Part shown: piece after piece, positions 40,001 through 53,205 of the stretch
Numbering within the stretch: position 1 is the stretch's first letter
How the letters are laid out: the number at the start of each line of letters is the position of its first letter
NCBI GenBank assembly: GCA_043228905.1
Contig: JBHGNT010000017.1
Span: 17,174,001-17,238,000 of the forward strand
DNA length: 64,000 nucleotides
From: Azolla caroliniana
Lineage: Eukaryota; Plantae; Polypodiophyta
Reading direction: 5' to 3'
Made by a program: the position numbers and the translations under genes
Notes under the pieces: generated by a model
What the model was told of the DNA's origin: nothing
The model's input: only the letters and a program-made list of their open reading frames with translations
Databases searched by the model: none

Positions 40001-43000
40001 ATATCAGAAACAGAAAGCCTAAATGCCCTTTTAAACAGATAAATATTTTTACCTCTTCCTCTAGCTGAGATAGATGACATTGAATGAAGTGTTGCAAATA
40101 TTCGTAGGAGTAGTTCACGAGCAAACCATTCAGCCCCTTCCTCTAAAGGCCATGCTTGTGAGTCCCATAAATTATTGAAGCTTCTATATGTGCAACTATA
40201 ACAGACTACATACCTGTGATAGTCCAAAACCAGGCATGTTCACAATATTAATAGACTTGTACTCTCCACACAGTTCAGACTGCAGCATCTTGTTGATTTG
40301 TGCCATTAACCATCGAAATAACCTTTCATAAATTGATTGAGCCAATAGATCCTTGGAAACAATCGCCTACAGATCATATTGGCAGATTTTTCTATTTCTT
40401 ACAAAATGATGCTTATAAATATCTATGAACAAAAGCAGGAAGATAATCAACCCACTTCAACTGAATCACATGAGATGTTCGAAAGAGCTCCCAGTAGCTG
40501 CTCTCTAGAACATCGAAGCAATCTGGCAGCATTTTCCACAGCTGAAATAATGGCTTGTGGTCTGTTACATCTAATGATACAGGAAAGATCTGAACATATC
40601 ATTCCAAAATTTACTGACCATACCTTGACTCTCAATACCGAGTGTAGGTAATGTGATGTTTCCAAGCCAAAGAATTGCTGCCAGCATGGTAAAGATATGT
40701 TCTTGATCTTGGCTACTGACCCTGAAGGCATATAGGGAATCCTGGATTTTTAAAAAAGCTATAGTTTTCAAAATAGATTTCCTTTTGAACACACCGAATT
40801 GAGATGAAAAGAGAAACATGCTTTAACTCACAATAACTGACTGAAACTTAGTATGATAGTTGATTCCATCCATTAAATCAAGTTCCATCTTATTTAAATA
40901 ACTGAATTCCCCTGCCCCCAATAGATTCAACTTGTCTGTGAAATACAAAAACGCAAATATACTAAACATCTGGGTTCTGATGAAAACGTCAGCAATTACA
41001 AGATGATATCCAACCTTTGAGGACAGAATCTGCACCCCCACAGAGCTGGTAGAAAATATTATATGTGTGTTCACCCTTCTCTCGATGTGCAACTCTCAAC
41101 TGCAATAACATAATGAGAGACGTTTCTTAGTACTTCCAGACAAAGAAAGAAGCTCGATATCTTTCAAGTTTCATAAATTCAGTGCATCATAAATCCTAAT
41201 AAATTACCTCTTCGAACAAAACTTCTCAGTATTGATGAAGTGCCGCATCACAATACAAAACCTAGCCAATTAGGAAGCTTCCTGATTTTTTCAAAATATG
41301 TAATGGAAAAGTGTTTAAATAACAAATGCCTTACCAGTTTTCCATTCAGCCCCTGACAATCTCTTGGAATTATCATAAAATAAATTTACCATTTCCCCCT
41401 ACAAACCAAATCAATTTAAACTTCAGCCTCACATGGCATGTGTTCATATTACAGATCTGTGAGTCCATAATCAATGTACTAAAACAAACAAAGAAAAATT
41501 CAAAACACTAAGGTAGTTTAAAAAATTACCACACAACTTGCATTTGTTTTGCTGGATGGTTTTACATAAGCAAAAGCTTCCATAATTGGATGGACTAACA
41601 GCAACATCTTTTCTAGATCAGGATTCCCTCCATGAGAGACCAAATTTTCCAGTGTGAGTTTCATTGTTGCTAACTTGTCTGCATCATTCGCGCCACTGAA
41701 ACGAGACACCTTGTTATTTTGAGTTCTATGAGCACTAAACAGTGTTCATTTCTCAACAAATATTTCCAGTAATGCATATTTCTCAATACGTTTCCATTTA
41801 TTTAAAGAAACACTTTCTTGCCGCTCCACTGAAACGAGACACCTTGTTATTTTGAGTTCTATGAGCACTAAACAGTGTTCATTTCTCAACAAATATTTCC
41901 AGTAATGCATATTTCTCAATACGTTTCCATTTATTTAAAGAAACACTTTCTTGCAAGCATCTCATCTAATGAAAATGCCGTCTTTTATAGAGCAACTAAA
42001 ATAATGAAGCATTTATATACATCACATGGCCAATATTATAATAGCATATAGATAGCTTAGCTCACCTAATAATAATTGATTGGTTCATTGCATCTGAAAC
42101 ATGACAAAAACATAAGGATAATCGTGTCTGAAAATTCGGAAACATAGAATAAGTGAACCATGAGGTTGGGTGACCTACAAATTACCTCTTTTCATTGCTT
42201 CAAATGTACTGTCTGCAACCGCACGGACATGAAGACCAGATGCATCCAAACCATTTCCATTGTCACTTTGACGCTCCATAGATGAAGTGATGGATATTAA
42301 CATTGATCCAGCTCTAGTCTACAAACAGCCAGAAATACAACATAAATGTAATGCTTTTGATACCTAGCCTTAGCAAGAATTTTAAAGAGGTTTCAAGCTT
42401 ACATGGCTCTTGCCTATCCCGTATCTTCTTCGCAAGGTGTGAAGTATCGATGGCTCATTGATGAAGCTAAGCTGAACAAGGTTTTCCACATCATCGAGGA
42501 CATCTGGGTTTGCAGGAAGAAGTCTATTAGACTGCAACCTTACTACCTGCAGTAGAACAACAGTTCCAAGAAGGACATTGCATGAAAGGAAAATAAATAA
42601 CTTCAAAAAAGTCAGTGCTTCCATTCTCCATAGGGAACTTCAAACTACCCGCAAAGTCATTATTTATTTCCCCAAAAGCGCCTAAGTATCTATTGTGGTC
42701 ACAAAGTACACAGGGTAAACCATGGAAAGCGCAAGTATGGTCAATCCATCATGTGAGCAATTATGTGCTCAAATTTGTCCTCTTCTGTTTTTTGCGGCGT
42801 CAAACAAGGATTTTAATTAAGGGAAGTAAGAAAGGACTGTTAAGGAAATAAAGAAAAACTCTGGAGAGTATTTCGGAGTAAATGCCCTTCTTTGTTTTAA
42901 AAGCTTTGGGCTTTCCTAAACTCTGGTGTGAGAGCTATTTTGCACCATTGCTTCTTTACACATCACCAACATTAACAAATACAAATGATGTCACTAGTAT

Positions 43001-44107
43001 GAAAACCCACTCTTCCTTTGAAGACGAGGAAAAAATTCCAGATTTTGTTAGGGTTTTGAAAGATCCAGAAAATCCACAGGGTTTTTTTAGAGAGCTTTAG
43101 CATTTCTGTCGGCTGGCAAGAAAAGAGGATTTGGTGGTTTTTTAAGAGCAAAAAGGATGAGGAATTCACTCACCTGGCCATCTTGCAGAGAAACCATGGC
43201 CTCCATGTCACAGATTGAATGGAGGAGACCCTGTGCCCATTTACTTTCTTGGTTCAAAAACCATACTTTGCGACCCTGCAAAATAAAGGATGAACAAGGA
43301 AAAAATAGATCAATTTTAGAAGGATGAATCATGAATTAGAAAATCTCCTCAGAGAGTACATTCTGTCTTTTAAATGTTAAGACTATTCTGGAATATGAAC
43401 AGAGGTAATGTTACCTTCAATGTATCTCCTTCTGCCATCACCACTTCCTTGGTTCTCTCTTGCCCAGATGAGCTCTTCTCGTTCTCTTTCTTCATATTCG
43501 ACTTGGCCATGGTAGTAGATTGGCCGAAACTTTCCTGTGTCGCCATCACAACACGGTATTCATTTAGCTGTGCTTGTTCCATCCTCAACTCATCAGAATG
43601 ATGAGACTCGTTTGTTGCAGTGGATGGAGATGGAGCAGAGCTTCCATGTCGATCATCAGCAGATGGTTCGTCGGGTATCTCGTGGTCTTTCATAGGAGAG
43701 TCCTGACCATTCTTCCCTTCAGCTATGGAAGCTTGGCCCACATTTTCCTGCGTCATCACCATTCGATTTCCGTTGATTACGGCGCAATGATCAAGACCTT
43801 CTTTCGCAGTGGATGGACATGGATCAGAGCTTCCATTGATGAGCACTGTTGTAGTGAATGCCTGTGGACATGGATCACAGGTTCCGTCACCGTCAGCGCA
43901 CGACGCAGAAGAATGAGCATTTCGGTACGGCGCAGAAGAATGAGCATTTCGATGGGAGGACAGCGTAGCTAATAATCGACCTGATCTGCTGGAAGGCAAG
44001 CGACCCTTCGACAGGGGTCTCTGGGGAAGACGAGGGAGATCTTCCGCAGGTTTTTCGTCTCGATCTTGTATAGAGTCGAGCAAAAGCTCGAGTGTACTGC
44101 GGGCCAT
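37059..44107 (-). CDS. Class VIII myosin homologue with degenerate ATPase motifs (candidate pseudo-motor), about 1228 aa
   Basis: 22 exons: 44107-43415, 43275-43174, 42546-42403, 42318-42186, 42093-42066, 41695-41530, 41398-41335, 41221-41208, 41099-41015, 40935-40832, 40741-40624, 40541-40456, 40366-40214, 40142-40053, 39962-39897, 39771-39631, 39545-39354, 39223-39018, 38944-38800, 38405-38276, 38102-37936, 37718-37059. Total 3687 nt in frame with GT-AG introns. Myosin VIII hallmarks: MARSTLE..LP.RP..KGRLPS, LLPANPDVLD, NEPSIL, NQSIIISG, IFYQLC, two IQ motifs, coiled coil, FNDDAHFLVEVKSGQ..WKKDFKGRLKETK..KKWWG tail. Confidence 0.9.
41689..41954. repeat. Near-perfect 133-bp tandem duplication covering a myosin splice acceptor
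   Basis: 41689-41821 equals 41822-41954 apart from one mismatch that I could see. Confidence 0.92.
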
Positions 44108-44269
44108 GGGCGTCTTATGTAGATCTCAGAAAGCTTCCTTCCATCGGGGGTAAAACGCGCAAGGCGGTAGAGAAAAAACCAGAAATGGAGAAGAAAGGAA
44201 GCTCGCCCTGGCCTGGCTATGGCGGGAGGGCTCTGTTCCGTCTGCAGAAGGATTCTCAGACAGACAGAC

Positions 44270-44300
<31 letters not shown>

Positions 44301-44339
44301 GCTATGGCAGAACGAACATGGTGTGGGCGGAGAGGACGA

Positions 44340-44500
44340 GCTGACGTGGCGCCTGACTCAGCGCGGCCCCGCTTCCACGTAGGCGGCCCCCGCCACGTGG
44401 CAGGCCTCCTAACCCCCCCGCTTCCCGAGATCGCCTGCAGACGTGGCAGGCCGACGTGGCCATGCGTTGAGGCCCGCCCACGTAGGATGATGACGTGGCT
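44340..44500. promoter_or_regulatory. GC-rich ABRE/G-box cluster upstream of the myosin-like gene
   Basis: Five ACGTGGC (one within GCCACGTGGC) and two CCACGTAGG in about 160 bp, 240-390 bp upstream of the ATG and next to a (GA)n tract. Confidence 0.5.
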
Positions 44501-45849
44501 GTTTTGGCGCGACTTCTTAATTCAAAAACTTTCGCTTTGTAAATCCCTTTTTTCCGATTTTTATTTTCTGCCTTTGCTTTTTGCTTTTTGCTTTTTGCTC
44601 TTGCTTTTAAAACCCTTTGCAAGGCTCATTTTTTGTTTTTCTAATTTCTTTTTCCTTTCATTTTGCTTGCTTTTTCCTTTTTCTTTTAGTTTTTTTTTTC
44701 CCTGCCTGCTTGATTTTCGATTTTTCATATTATCCTTTTGATTTTAGACTTTTTTCCTTTTTCTTTTTCGTTTTTTTTCTTTTTTTTCTTTTTCTTTTTT
44801 TTCTTTTTTCTTTTTTCTTTTTTCTTTTTTCTTTTTTCTTTTTTCTTGCTTATTGTTTCTTTTTATCTATTTGTCCTTCTAAAAGAAGCAAAGTCTCTAA
44901 CAAATTTCATGGTTCTCAACGCAAGTTCGAAATTCGAATCATATATGTCATAAGAAATCAACTCGCAATTTAGTCCTTTGGCGGGGCACCTTTGGCCTTC
45001 ATGATCATGGTTTTCCAATAAAGAAATTAGCATGTCAAAATGCCAGAATCTTCCAAAATTATATATAAAATCGGCCAAATATGTCACAACTTTTTCTCGA
45101 ATTTTATCTATAAATATGCAACAATATTTTCGGTTTTTCGATCGTTGTCATTATAGTTCACCAAAAGTATATTGTACAATGTTTCCATGCCTTACAAATC
45201 ATGTTTAAAGCACTACGAAATACAAAATATAGCTTACCAATCATATTATGCATTGTCCCCTAATAATACCCAATTGGCCAATCTATTTGACCCATTTGTC
45301 CTTTGCATCTCTCCAATTCCCAAACACATGATTCCATTTGCACATTACAATTTCTTGGTTCATTCATTGATATACTCATTGGGCCTTCGTTACTAACCTA
45401 TGACTTTTCATCTCCTCAATGCCATTTTGCTTCATAAACCCTCAATCTCTTTCTCTCACGAGCAACAATACTAGATGGATTAACCAAACTAGCTCGCCAT
45501 TTATTTCATCATACAATGAAAACCGTCTTGTGGATCCCTCATGTTGCAAAAAATATGCCATACTTCATGCCTTTGAGCTCCACTTCACAATTCAAATGCA
45601 AAGCATCAAGAAAAGCCATTGAGCTTCCACTTCACAAGCCTTTTGTATCATGCATTGGTTGAAACAACATGTATTGACATCAACATTTTGTTGTTGTAAC
45701 CAAATTTTCCAACCATATATTTGGATTAATATCCCTTACAAACATCATTATAGGCACAATGGCATGGACTAAATAATTATGTTTCATTAAAGAGGCTTAA
45801 AATATGATAGCTTTTCATTTAGTCAGCCCATTATATTACAAATTCAAGT

Positions 45850-47040
45850 TTTAAGTGATCCATTTATGTGCACAATCATGCCGTTAGGTTTAAGAATATT
45901 GAAATTGCCATCATCGTGACCTACAATTTCATCACGACTTGTTTTATCTAGAGGAATTTGCTTAAAAAGTGAAGAATGTCTATGTATATCCCATCGTTGT
46001 CATCTATTTCCAAGTATCCAAACAACCACATTTCAAAATCTTGGACAAATACATTGCTCCTTTGGCAAATGTACTACTATTTCAAATTTAGAAGTCATAT
46101 CTATATTTTCTTTTTGAAGCTTCAAACTCGAGATACTCATTACATACAACACATCTACCACTATCATTCAAAAGTGATGTAGCACACTAGACATAAGCTT
46201 TGTCGCGCCACTCTTTTAGTTTCTCCTTCCTCCAAAAATGTTAATGTTGTTAGCATTATATGCACCAATTTTTCCATTTGATCATGCGAAGAAAGTAAAA
46301 ATGGTTCATTTGTATTAGTCTGTTGTCCATTTATTCCAAGAGTTCCTTAATTTCATGTGTCCTTTTGATACAATTGTTAGCCCATCAATAAACTTTATTT
46401 GTGATGTTTCAACATGCATGAATTTAGGGACATTTTTAGATATATCAACGACAGTCAATGCATGTCGATGAGCTATACAATGTACAATGATCAAATTGGG
46501 AACATGAATTTTCATTATTATTTCAATTCCAATATCGGTGTCCACATTCATCGGTGACGCTCCCTTGATGGCTAAGCTGATTGATTTGTTAATGTTGAGG
46601 CATCAATCATTTAGTGGATGTTTCATATGGCCATATACACACCTACCATTGCCATTTGGAACTTTTAACATAAATTATCATCAATATTACAAATCCAAAA
46701 TTGCTTCCAACCATTGGCGATGCACCATTGATGGCTATGCTGATCAATTTGTTAATGTTGACGCGTCAATCATTTAGTAGATGTTTAATATGTTCACATA
46801 CATGTCTACTTTTGCCATTTGGAACATTTAACAAACCCATATACACAACTTGTTGAAGGGTCATGACATTTACTTTGCGTGTATGTATCATATACAAGGT
46901 GCGACACTAAAATATTATTAGTACTTTCATCTAGCATCAAAGAGTAATATGGAGAACTTATCATATTCGAAGTTTGCATTTCTACATGATGTTTCCCAAA
47001 GGTGTACAATAATTTATATCATCCATACCTACTTGTACAT
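45850..47040 (-). mobile_element. Decayed hAT (ZNF862-like) transposase fragment
   Basis: SSPYYSLMLDESTN and PNLIIVHCIAHRHAL motifs. Internal duplication at about 46565-46833. Confidence 0.75.
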
Positions 47041-47082
47041 GATGCGTGATCAATCTAATCAGACATAGTTGACCCCTCTAAT

Positions 47083-50000
47083 TGTTACCGTACGAGATGT
47101 ACGGAGAGTAGAGTGTGATGAGCGAGGGATGAATGCTATAATGTTGTTGATGTGTATGAGTAAATGTGCACAAATATAATTGTAAGTATGAGTCGATACG
47201 TATGTGAACACATGCACGCGTGTGTGCATGTGGACATAGACGAAGAGGTGTGAGTGAGTGATTAGTGTGAATGGACAAGGGGGCTTGCACCCCTGTGCAT
47301 CTACCCTTTTGTAACTATATAACCCCTTATGGGGAATGAATGAATAAATGAATAGTTCTTTTTTTCTTTTTTCTTTTTTCATAAATCAATGTTTGTTATT
47401 AAAACAAAATGATAATACACCCCTTGCTATCTTCACTACTTCATAAATAGTGATAGTGTAAGGGAAACCCTCTCAAGTGTTGTAAAACTAGATGACATAA
47501 GTCTATCTCCTCTTGGGACACGATCTCCATACAACATAGTTGTGAAAATTGCCAAATCAATTTCCCTTTCATCCTACGGATTTGTTGTGTTATCCCATGA
47601 AGTCCATCAAACAAGGACTCATTTCTCATGGTCCAATTAAACCACATCCCCCAATATCTAATGTAATAAAAAACCACCTTATACGATGGTGTGGGCATAA
47701 CTTTATCCTCATCCATAAAAACCCATTTATAAGGTGACAAAATATTCCCTGTTATCGATGCCCAAATTTTTGACATAATCACCCAAATGGCCTTAGCAAC
47801 CGAACATGTAATGAACCTATGTCTAGCATCTTCTTCAAACACCGTATAGAAAAAAACATGTCCCATTCGAAATATGTCTTCGTTTTAAGGCCATCGCCAA
47901 AGGCAACCCACCAACTATGGCACGCCAAAGAAATACCTTTGCATGGAATGGAAGATGAGATTGCCACCCTGCATCTAAAACTCTAGTAAAGCTCCATGTA
48001 TCCAACACCTTATTTTCTAACCAAGCTTTATCTTCAACCAACTTATGGCACACATCATTAGTGTGCACCACATAAATCGATTTCCCATTACCAAATGAGC
48101 GATCTTTCCATGGTTCCTCGACCACCAACTCTGGAATTGGGAAAACTAATGTAGGCAATGCCAATATTGATTGCCAAATATATTCATATCCACATGGTAT
48201 ATGAAACTTATTTCTGATTATCCGAAAGGCCATCATTTTCCTATGTGACTCTAAAATACCATCTTCTACAGTTATCAAACCTAGCCTTGCCATTCGATTG
48301 AACTGTGAATTTAGACTTTCTTTTCCCTCCTAGTGTAATATCCTTGAAGCTGCGAACACCTCTGCTGCCAATGAATTTATATCTTTTTTGCACTTAGGAG
48401 GCCTCCAATTAAACAACTTCAAACATCGTTGCCAAGAAAGCACCAATTGTTCAACCATACTAGATTTTGAACACTTAAACTGTCGGGTACTATTAACAAC
48501 GTGCCACCACGAAGCTGTAATTCTCGTTTTCCCATGGTAAATACCAACCTTTTCCACAAAATAAGTAATTATTTCTGCCCAAGGTTTGGTACCTATGCAC
48601 ATACCTTTCAGAAGATTGAATCTTCGAACCACCATATGATCTTCTAAATTTAGTAAAGCAGCACCCCCTAACCGTTTTGGGGTACAAATATTGTTCCATG
48701 ATACCCAACTCATACCAAGGTTTGTGTCTTTCTTCCATAGTTCATATTTAAGTGAACGAGCTAAATGATCAAGTGATTTCTTTGTCCATGGTAACAATGG
48801 CAAAAAATAAGAAATCATTGGAATCATTATAGCTTGTACCACTTTGAGACGAGTACTAAACGACCATGCTTGAGACTTCCAATACATAAATTTGTCCAAA
48901 ATGGTTCCCGATATCCAATTCAAACATTGTGATGATGAGATATCAACACCAATAGGGTAACCTAAGTGCCGACACACATTCCCTTGATCTAATATTTGGC
49001 CACCCCATCCAAGATCCACCAAATCACTTTCAGTGCATCTAATGAGCATCGACTTTTGCATATTTATATGTAATCCTGATGCCAATGCGAACACATTCCA
49101 CACCTCCATGGCTTTAGCTATGTTATCAGGTGTTGCTTTGAGAAATAAAAATGAATCATCAACCAATGCTCGGGCGATCAAATGTTTCCATGATGGTAGA
49201 GCTAATCCAACTATTTCCCCACGTGTCGCCAACTCATGCATCCTCACCAAAATCGGGTGTGTAGCAATAGCAAATAATAGTGGACTCAATGGGCATCCTT
49301 GTCTAAGTGATCTTTTCAATGGTATTGCCTTAGTAACTCCACCATTTAACATAACATGTGAGACTGCACCTAATCCCACCAACAACGATATTCAAGACAT
49401 CCTTTTCCCAAAACCCATATGAGACATAAGTTGAGTAATAAAAGACAACTTACATGATCATATGGCTTCTCGATGTCGAGTTGTATCATTACAATTTGGT
49501 GTTTGGATTCCTTTGCATAATCCATTGCCATTTGCACATTCAAAATATTATGCAGGATGTCCCTTCCCTTAATAAACCCATATTGCATTGGATGGACCAT
49601 AGACGACAACACCGTTTGAAGTCTATTTGCAATTACTTTGGCAAAAATCTTATACATCCCACCCATTAATGATATCGGTCTCCATTGAGCAAAAGACGTA
49701 GGAGATGCAACTTTTGGGTATAAGTTTAACCAGACCAAGTTTCCATGAATCAGGCATTTTACCAAAACTCCATATTTCTTGGAATATCATTGTTAAAGGG
49801 GGTTTGAGTTCATGTAAAAAGGCTTTAAAAAACTCATTCGTAATGCCATCCCAACCCGGGCTTTTATCACTTGCAATATGTGATAATACATATTCCACCA
49901 CCTCCTCCTCCTTTATATCCTCCTCCAATGCAATCATGTCATGTTGCCCACCACTCGCCTTGACTGAGTTAAATAACATCGATTGCGCTTGTGTTATGCC

Positions 50001-51331
50001 ATCATTCATAATACAATCTCGCCCAAAAAGATTCGTGAAATGTTTAACACAATTATCAATAATCACTTATGGGTTTGTATTCAAAGTTCCATCAATCTCT
50101 ACATTTACCACATTCATTCTAGCATGAGATGCTTGCAACCCATGGTAAAACTTATGTGAATTATAGTTGTGATCATGTACTTCATTTTTCATAGCCATCA
50201 CTTGTGATTGTTGATAACTACGAACCTCTAATACTTGTAAGGCTTGTGACAATGTCTCTTGAATATCCAACAACACATCATCCAATGGAATCTTTACCAA
50301 CAATGCATTACATCTATCTAGAAAGTGTTGTAACAAACTCATCTTTTGTTTACGGATAGATGCTTGATAAATTCCATAATAACGTGTAAACCGTTGTATA
50401 TTGGAAAGACAAATATCCCATGACGAAACACCGTGGACATTGACTTGTCTTGTAAACTCCCCCACCAATTGTCCCATAGCATGCTTAAATTTATCATGTC
50501 TAAGAAAAGATGAATTAAATCTCCATGGTTGTCTCCCCAATAAAGCTCTAAAACCATCCATAGTTTGATGTGTGCATTCCAAAACAACTGGAAAATGATA
50601 TGATGATCCAATCCCCCTATGCACTCGCATAGTCAAAAACTCTGGCAAGAATGTATCATCATGCATAATATAAATGTGATCCAGTCTACTCCAAGTTTAT
50701 CTATATTGTGCCGACTGAAAGATATAACCAACATCATTTCCATTGATCCAAGTCCATGCATCATACCTTACGACATCCATCATAACCAAATCCCATACCT
50801 CTCGCTTCCATCAAGCCATGCATCGAAGTAGATTGGCCCACCTCAGAACACATATTAAAATCCCCTAACAAAAAATTGGATCTCCCATGAAGCAAAACTT
50901 GATTTAAGCATCTCCAAAGTTCCATACGATGTCTTGCAACATTCGATCCATAAATACCGACCACCCAACTATGTTTCCATTCATAATTAACTTCAACCAC
51001 CAAAAACCGACCATGTACATCTCTTTGAGCCACTACCGGTTTCAAGCTATCCCTTATAATAAGCATTACACCTAAATAAGGGCCCCCATTGACTCCAGCA
51101 TAAAACACGTGATATTGCTTATGATGAAAAGAAGACCTAGACTTAGCATGCTCCTTATGTTCTACTACACATAATATATCCCATTCACTATTAAAAAAAG
51201 AAAGAAAAAAAGAAAAAAGAATGGTTCTCTCTCAATCTCTCTCTCTCTCTCTCGCTCTTCCTCCTTTACGTTGAACCCCTTGGGAGGGGGGTGGAGCCAT
51301 TCTAGGCACCACCCCTCAATGCTTGTCAACA
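47083..51331 (+). mobile_element. LTR-like sequence split by an L1 insertion
   Basis: TG..CA ends. The halves tataaccccttatgggg and ccccttgggaggggggtg.agccatt.tagg match the LTR at about 53310-53466. No matching TSD was found, so the ends are uncertain. Confidence 0.6.
47360..51218 (-). mobile_element. 5'-truncated L1-clade LINE (ORF2 remnant)
   Basis: EWDILCVVEHKEH, LGDFN, KSPGWDG, WRPISL, QLDIEKPYD, RQGCPLSP, ALVDD and KVFLWR..GGLP motifs. A-rich tail at 47360-47380. Approximate TSD GAATAGTTCT (47350-47359) / GAATGGTTCT (51219-51228). Confidence 0.88.
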
Positions 51332-52339
51332 TCTTCATGATCTCTCTCACCATCATACCATTCATCATCTTCACTAATACCCCGTGTCTATCTTCATCAT
51401 GAATCATCATCATTATCATAAATATTAACCCTAACCCTAAAACCTATAACACAATTTTGGTGACCACGATGGAGGCTGACAGGAAGTGTTGAGAATGCAC
51501 GAGAGATGGTTCCAGAAGGAGTAATGCGGAGACAACCAGAGCCGGAAGGGCCGAAGCAAACAGAGAAAGACATGGACGACGCACCGAACCAAGGCGACCA
51601 AATAGAAAGTCTACCAAAAGAGAGGAAGACACGAGTGAACCAAAAAGAAGCTGCCAAACAATGGCTCAATCGAATCAACAATGTGCGATAAATGGCAACA
51701 ACGAAGTGCGAGTGGGAAATGTCGACGATTTATGGAGAGAAGAAGAAGAAGGTGGTTATTCAAGACCCTACTGAAGAAGAAATCTTGCAAAATGCAAAGA
51801 ACGTGGAGAAAGTGGTCATGAAAGTAGAGTTTCTTTCATTGGGGCATGGCTTGGATTCTACGCTTGTAGGAAAGAAAAAGAAGAAGAAAGAAAGTTTTTG
51901 AATTTGATATGCAAGAAGATGAAAATGTTGAGCTTGGACCTTTTGATTATGAGTAAGGAGATGTAACACACAATGGCTAATTGATTCTATTGCGGAACAA
52001 TCTTGATAATGTGATCACATAAATAAAAAAAGAATATATGGAATCTCATGGTCTGTAGTATTGCCAACAAGTTCTATTAAGAGTAAGATTCGAAGAGAAG
52101 TGAATGAACGTCAAATATATGCGTGTATAATCATGTGTGGTCGTGAATTGAAAGGGGCACATAATTGCCTCTGTGATTCTAGGATATTTTATTATATTAT
52201 CGATTTAATTATTGTGAAGAAAGAGTGAAGATCATAGTAGATGCAAATGGAATGGATAGGGAAACGAGGACAAAATAGAGAAACGGGCCGGACAATGGCC
52301 AAACAGTGGTCGGGCAACAATAAGGCTCGACGACAATAA

Positions 52340-53205
52340 GGCTTGAAGTGCCACAGGCACTATGGTCATGCAATCGACCTACGATACGCTCCATATATTC
52401 GGATGCGAGGCCTATGCCTTCATACCTAGGGACAAAAGGACCAAGTTGGCACCCCATGCAACGAAGTGCATATTTCTCAGTTATGGAACCGATGAGGACT
52501 TCGACTACGGGATATGGGACTATGAGAACCGGAAACTGATCGGGAGTAGTGACGTAGTCTTCAATGAAGACTCTATCTTCTCTCAGTGGAACCAACAGAA
52601 AACAGTTGGTAAAAGAGTAACCTTCGAAGACGATAGAGTTGTCATAGAAGGACCGTCCTACTGCGCCGACTCAGAGATTCGACAAACAGTCGAACTCAAA
52701 CAAGCCGACAATACGCTTGCCGACACCGAATCGACAATAGGTCCAAAAGTCGAACTCAAGGTCAAAGTCATCAAAGACAAAGTCAAAAACCGATCCGAGT
52801 TGACCGAGTACCCAAGGGAGAACATCACAACACCGTTGAAATCCCAACATGGGGACGGGTCATCCAACAAGACTCCTTACACAAGTGGCTCAACAAATGC
52901 CGATCGACCAACAGAGACGATCGAAGGATCCGAACCACTCATTTCGGCACTCAGGAGATTTGGACGAGCTTGAAGGCAGACAGAGTTCTATCAACCTGGC
53001 CTCGACTACGTCAACTATACTGATGCAGGCAAACCAAGCACTTATGAAGAAGCTATGGCCGCAACGGATGTTGACACATGGCTACAAGCCATGAAATCAG
53101 AGATGGACCAATTCACAGGAATCAAACATGGGAGTTGGTTGAACTACCAGCTAGAAGGAAGCCGCTACCTTGCAAATGGGTTTTCCGATACAAGTATGTA
53201 TCCGA
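52340..53205 (+). mobile_element. Ty1/copia pol fragment (integrase C-terminus and start of RT)
   Basis: LHIFGCEAYAFIP..RTKL..KCIFLSY..SSDVVFNE and TWELVELP.RRKPLPCKWVFRYK motifs. Confidence 0.85.

Noticed and set aside
37059-44107. Calling the myosin a pseudogene
   Set aside because: All 22 exons join in frame with canonical splice sites and no stops, unlike the real pseudogenes (PPR, EF1A) in this window.
16519-44107. Functional cluster of PRAF/RLD and the myosin-like gene
   Set aside because: Both relate to membrane and cytoskeleton biology, but they are 15 kb apart and adjacency alone is not evidence without conserved synteny or co-expression.
44304-44973. Phe/Leu-rich ORFs here and at 23782-24130 and 2642-2983
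   Set aside because: These are translations of T-rich or microsatellite low-complexity DNA.
51427-51445. Telomere-like AACCCT repeats
   Set aside because: Only 2-3 imperfect units, consistent with a telo-box or chance.
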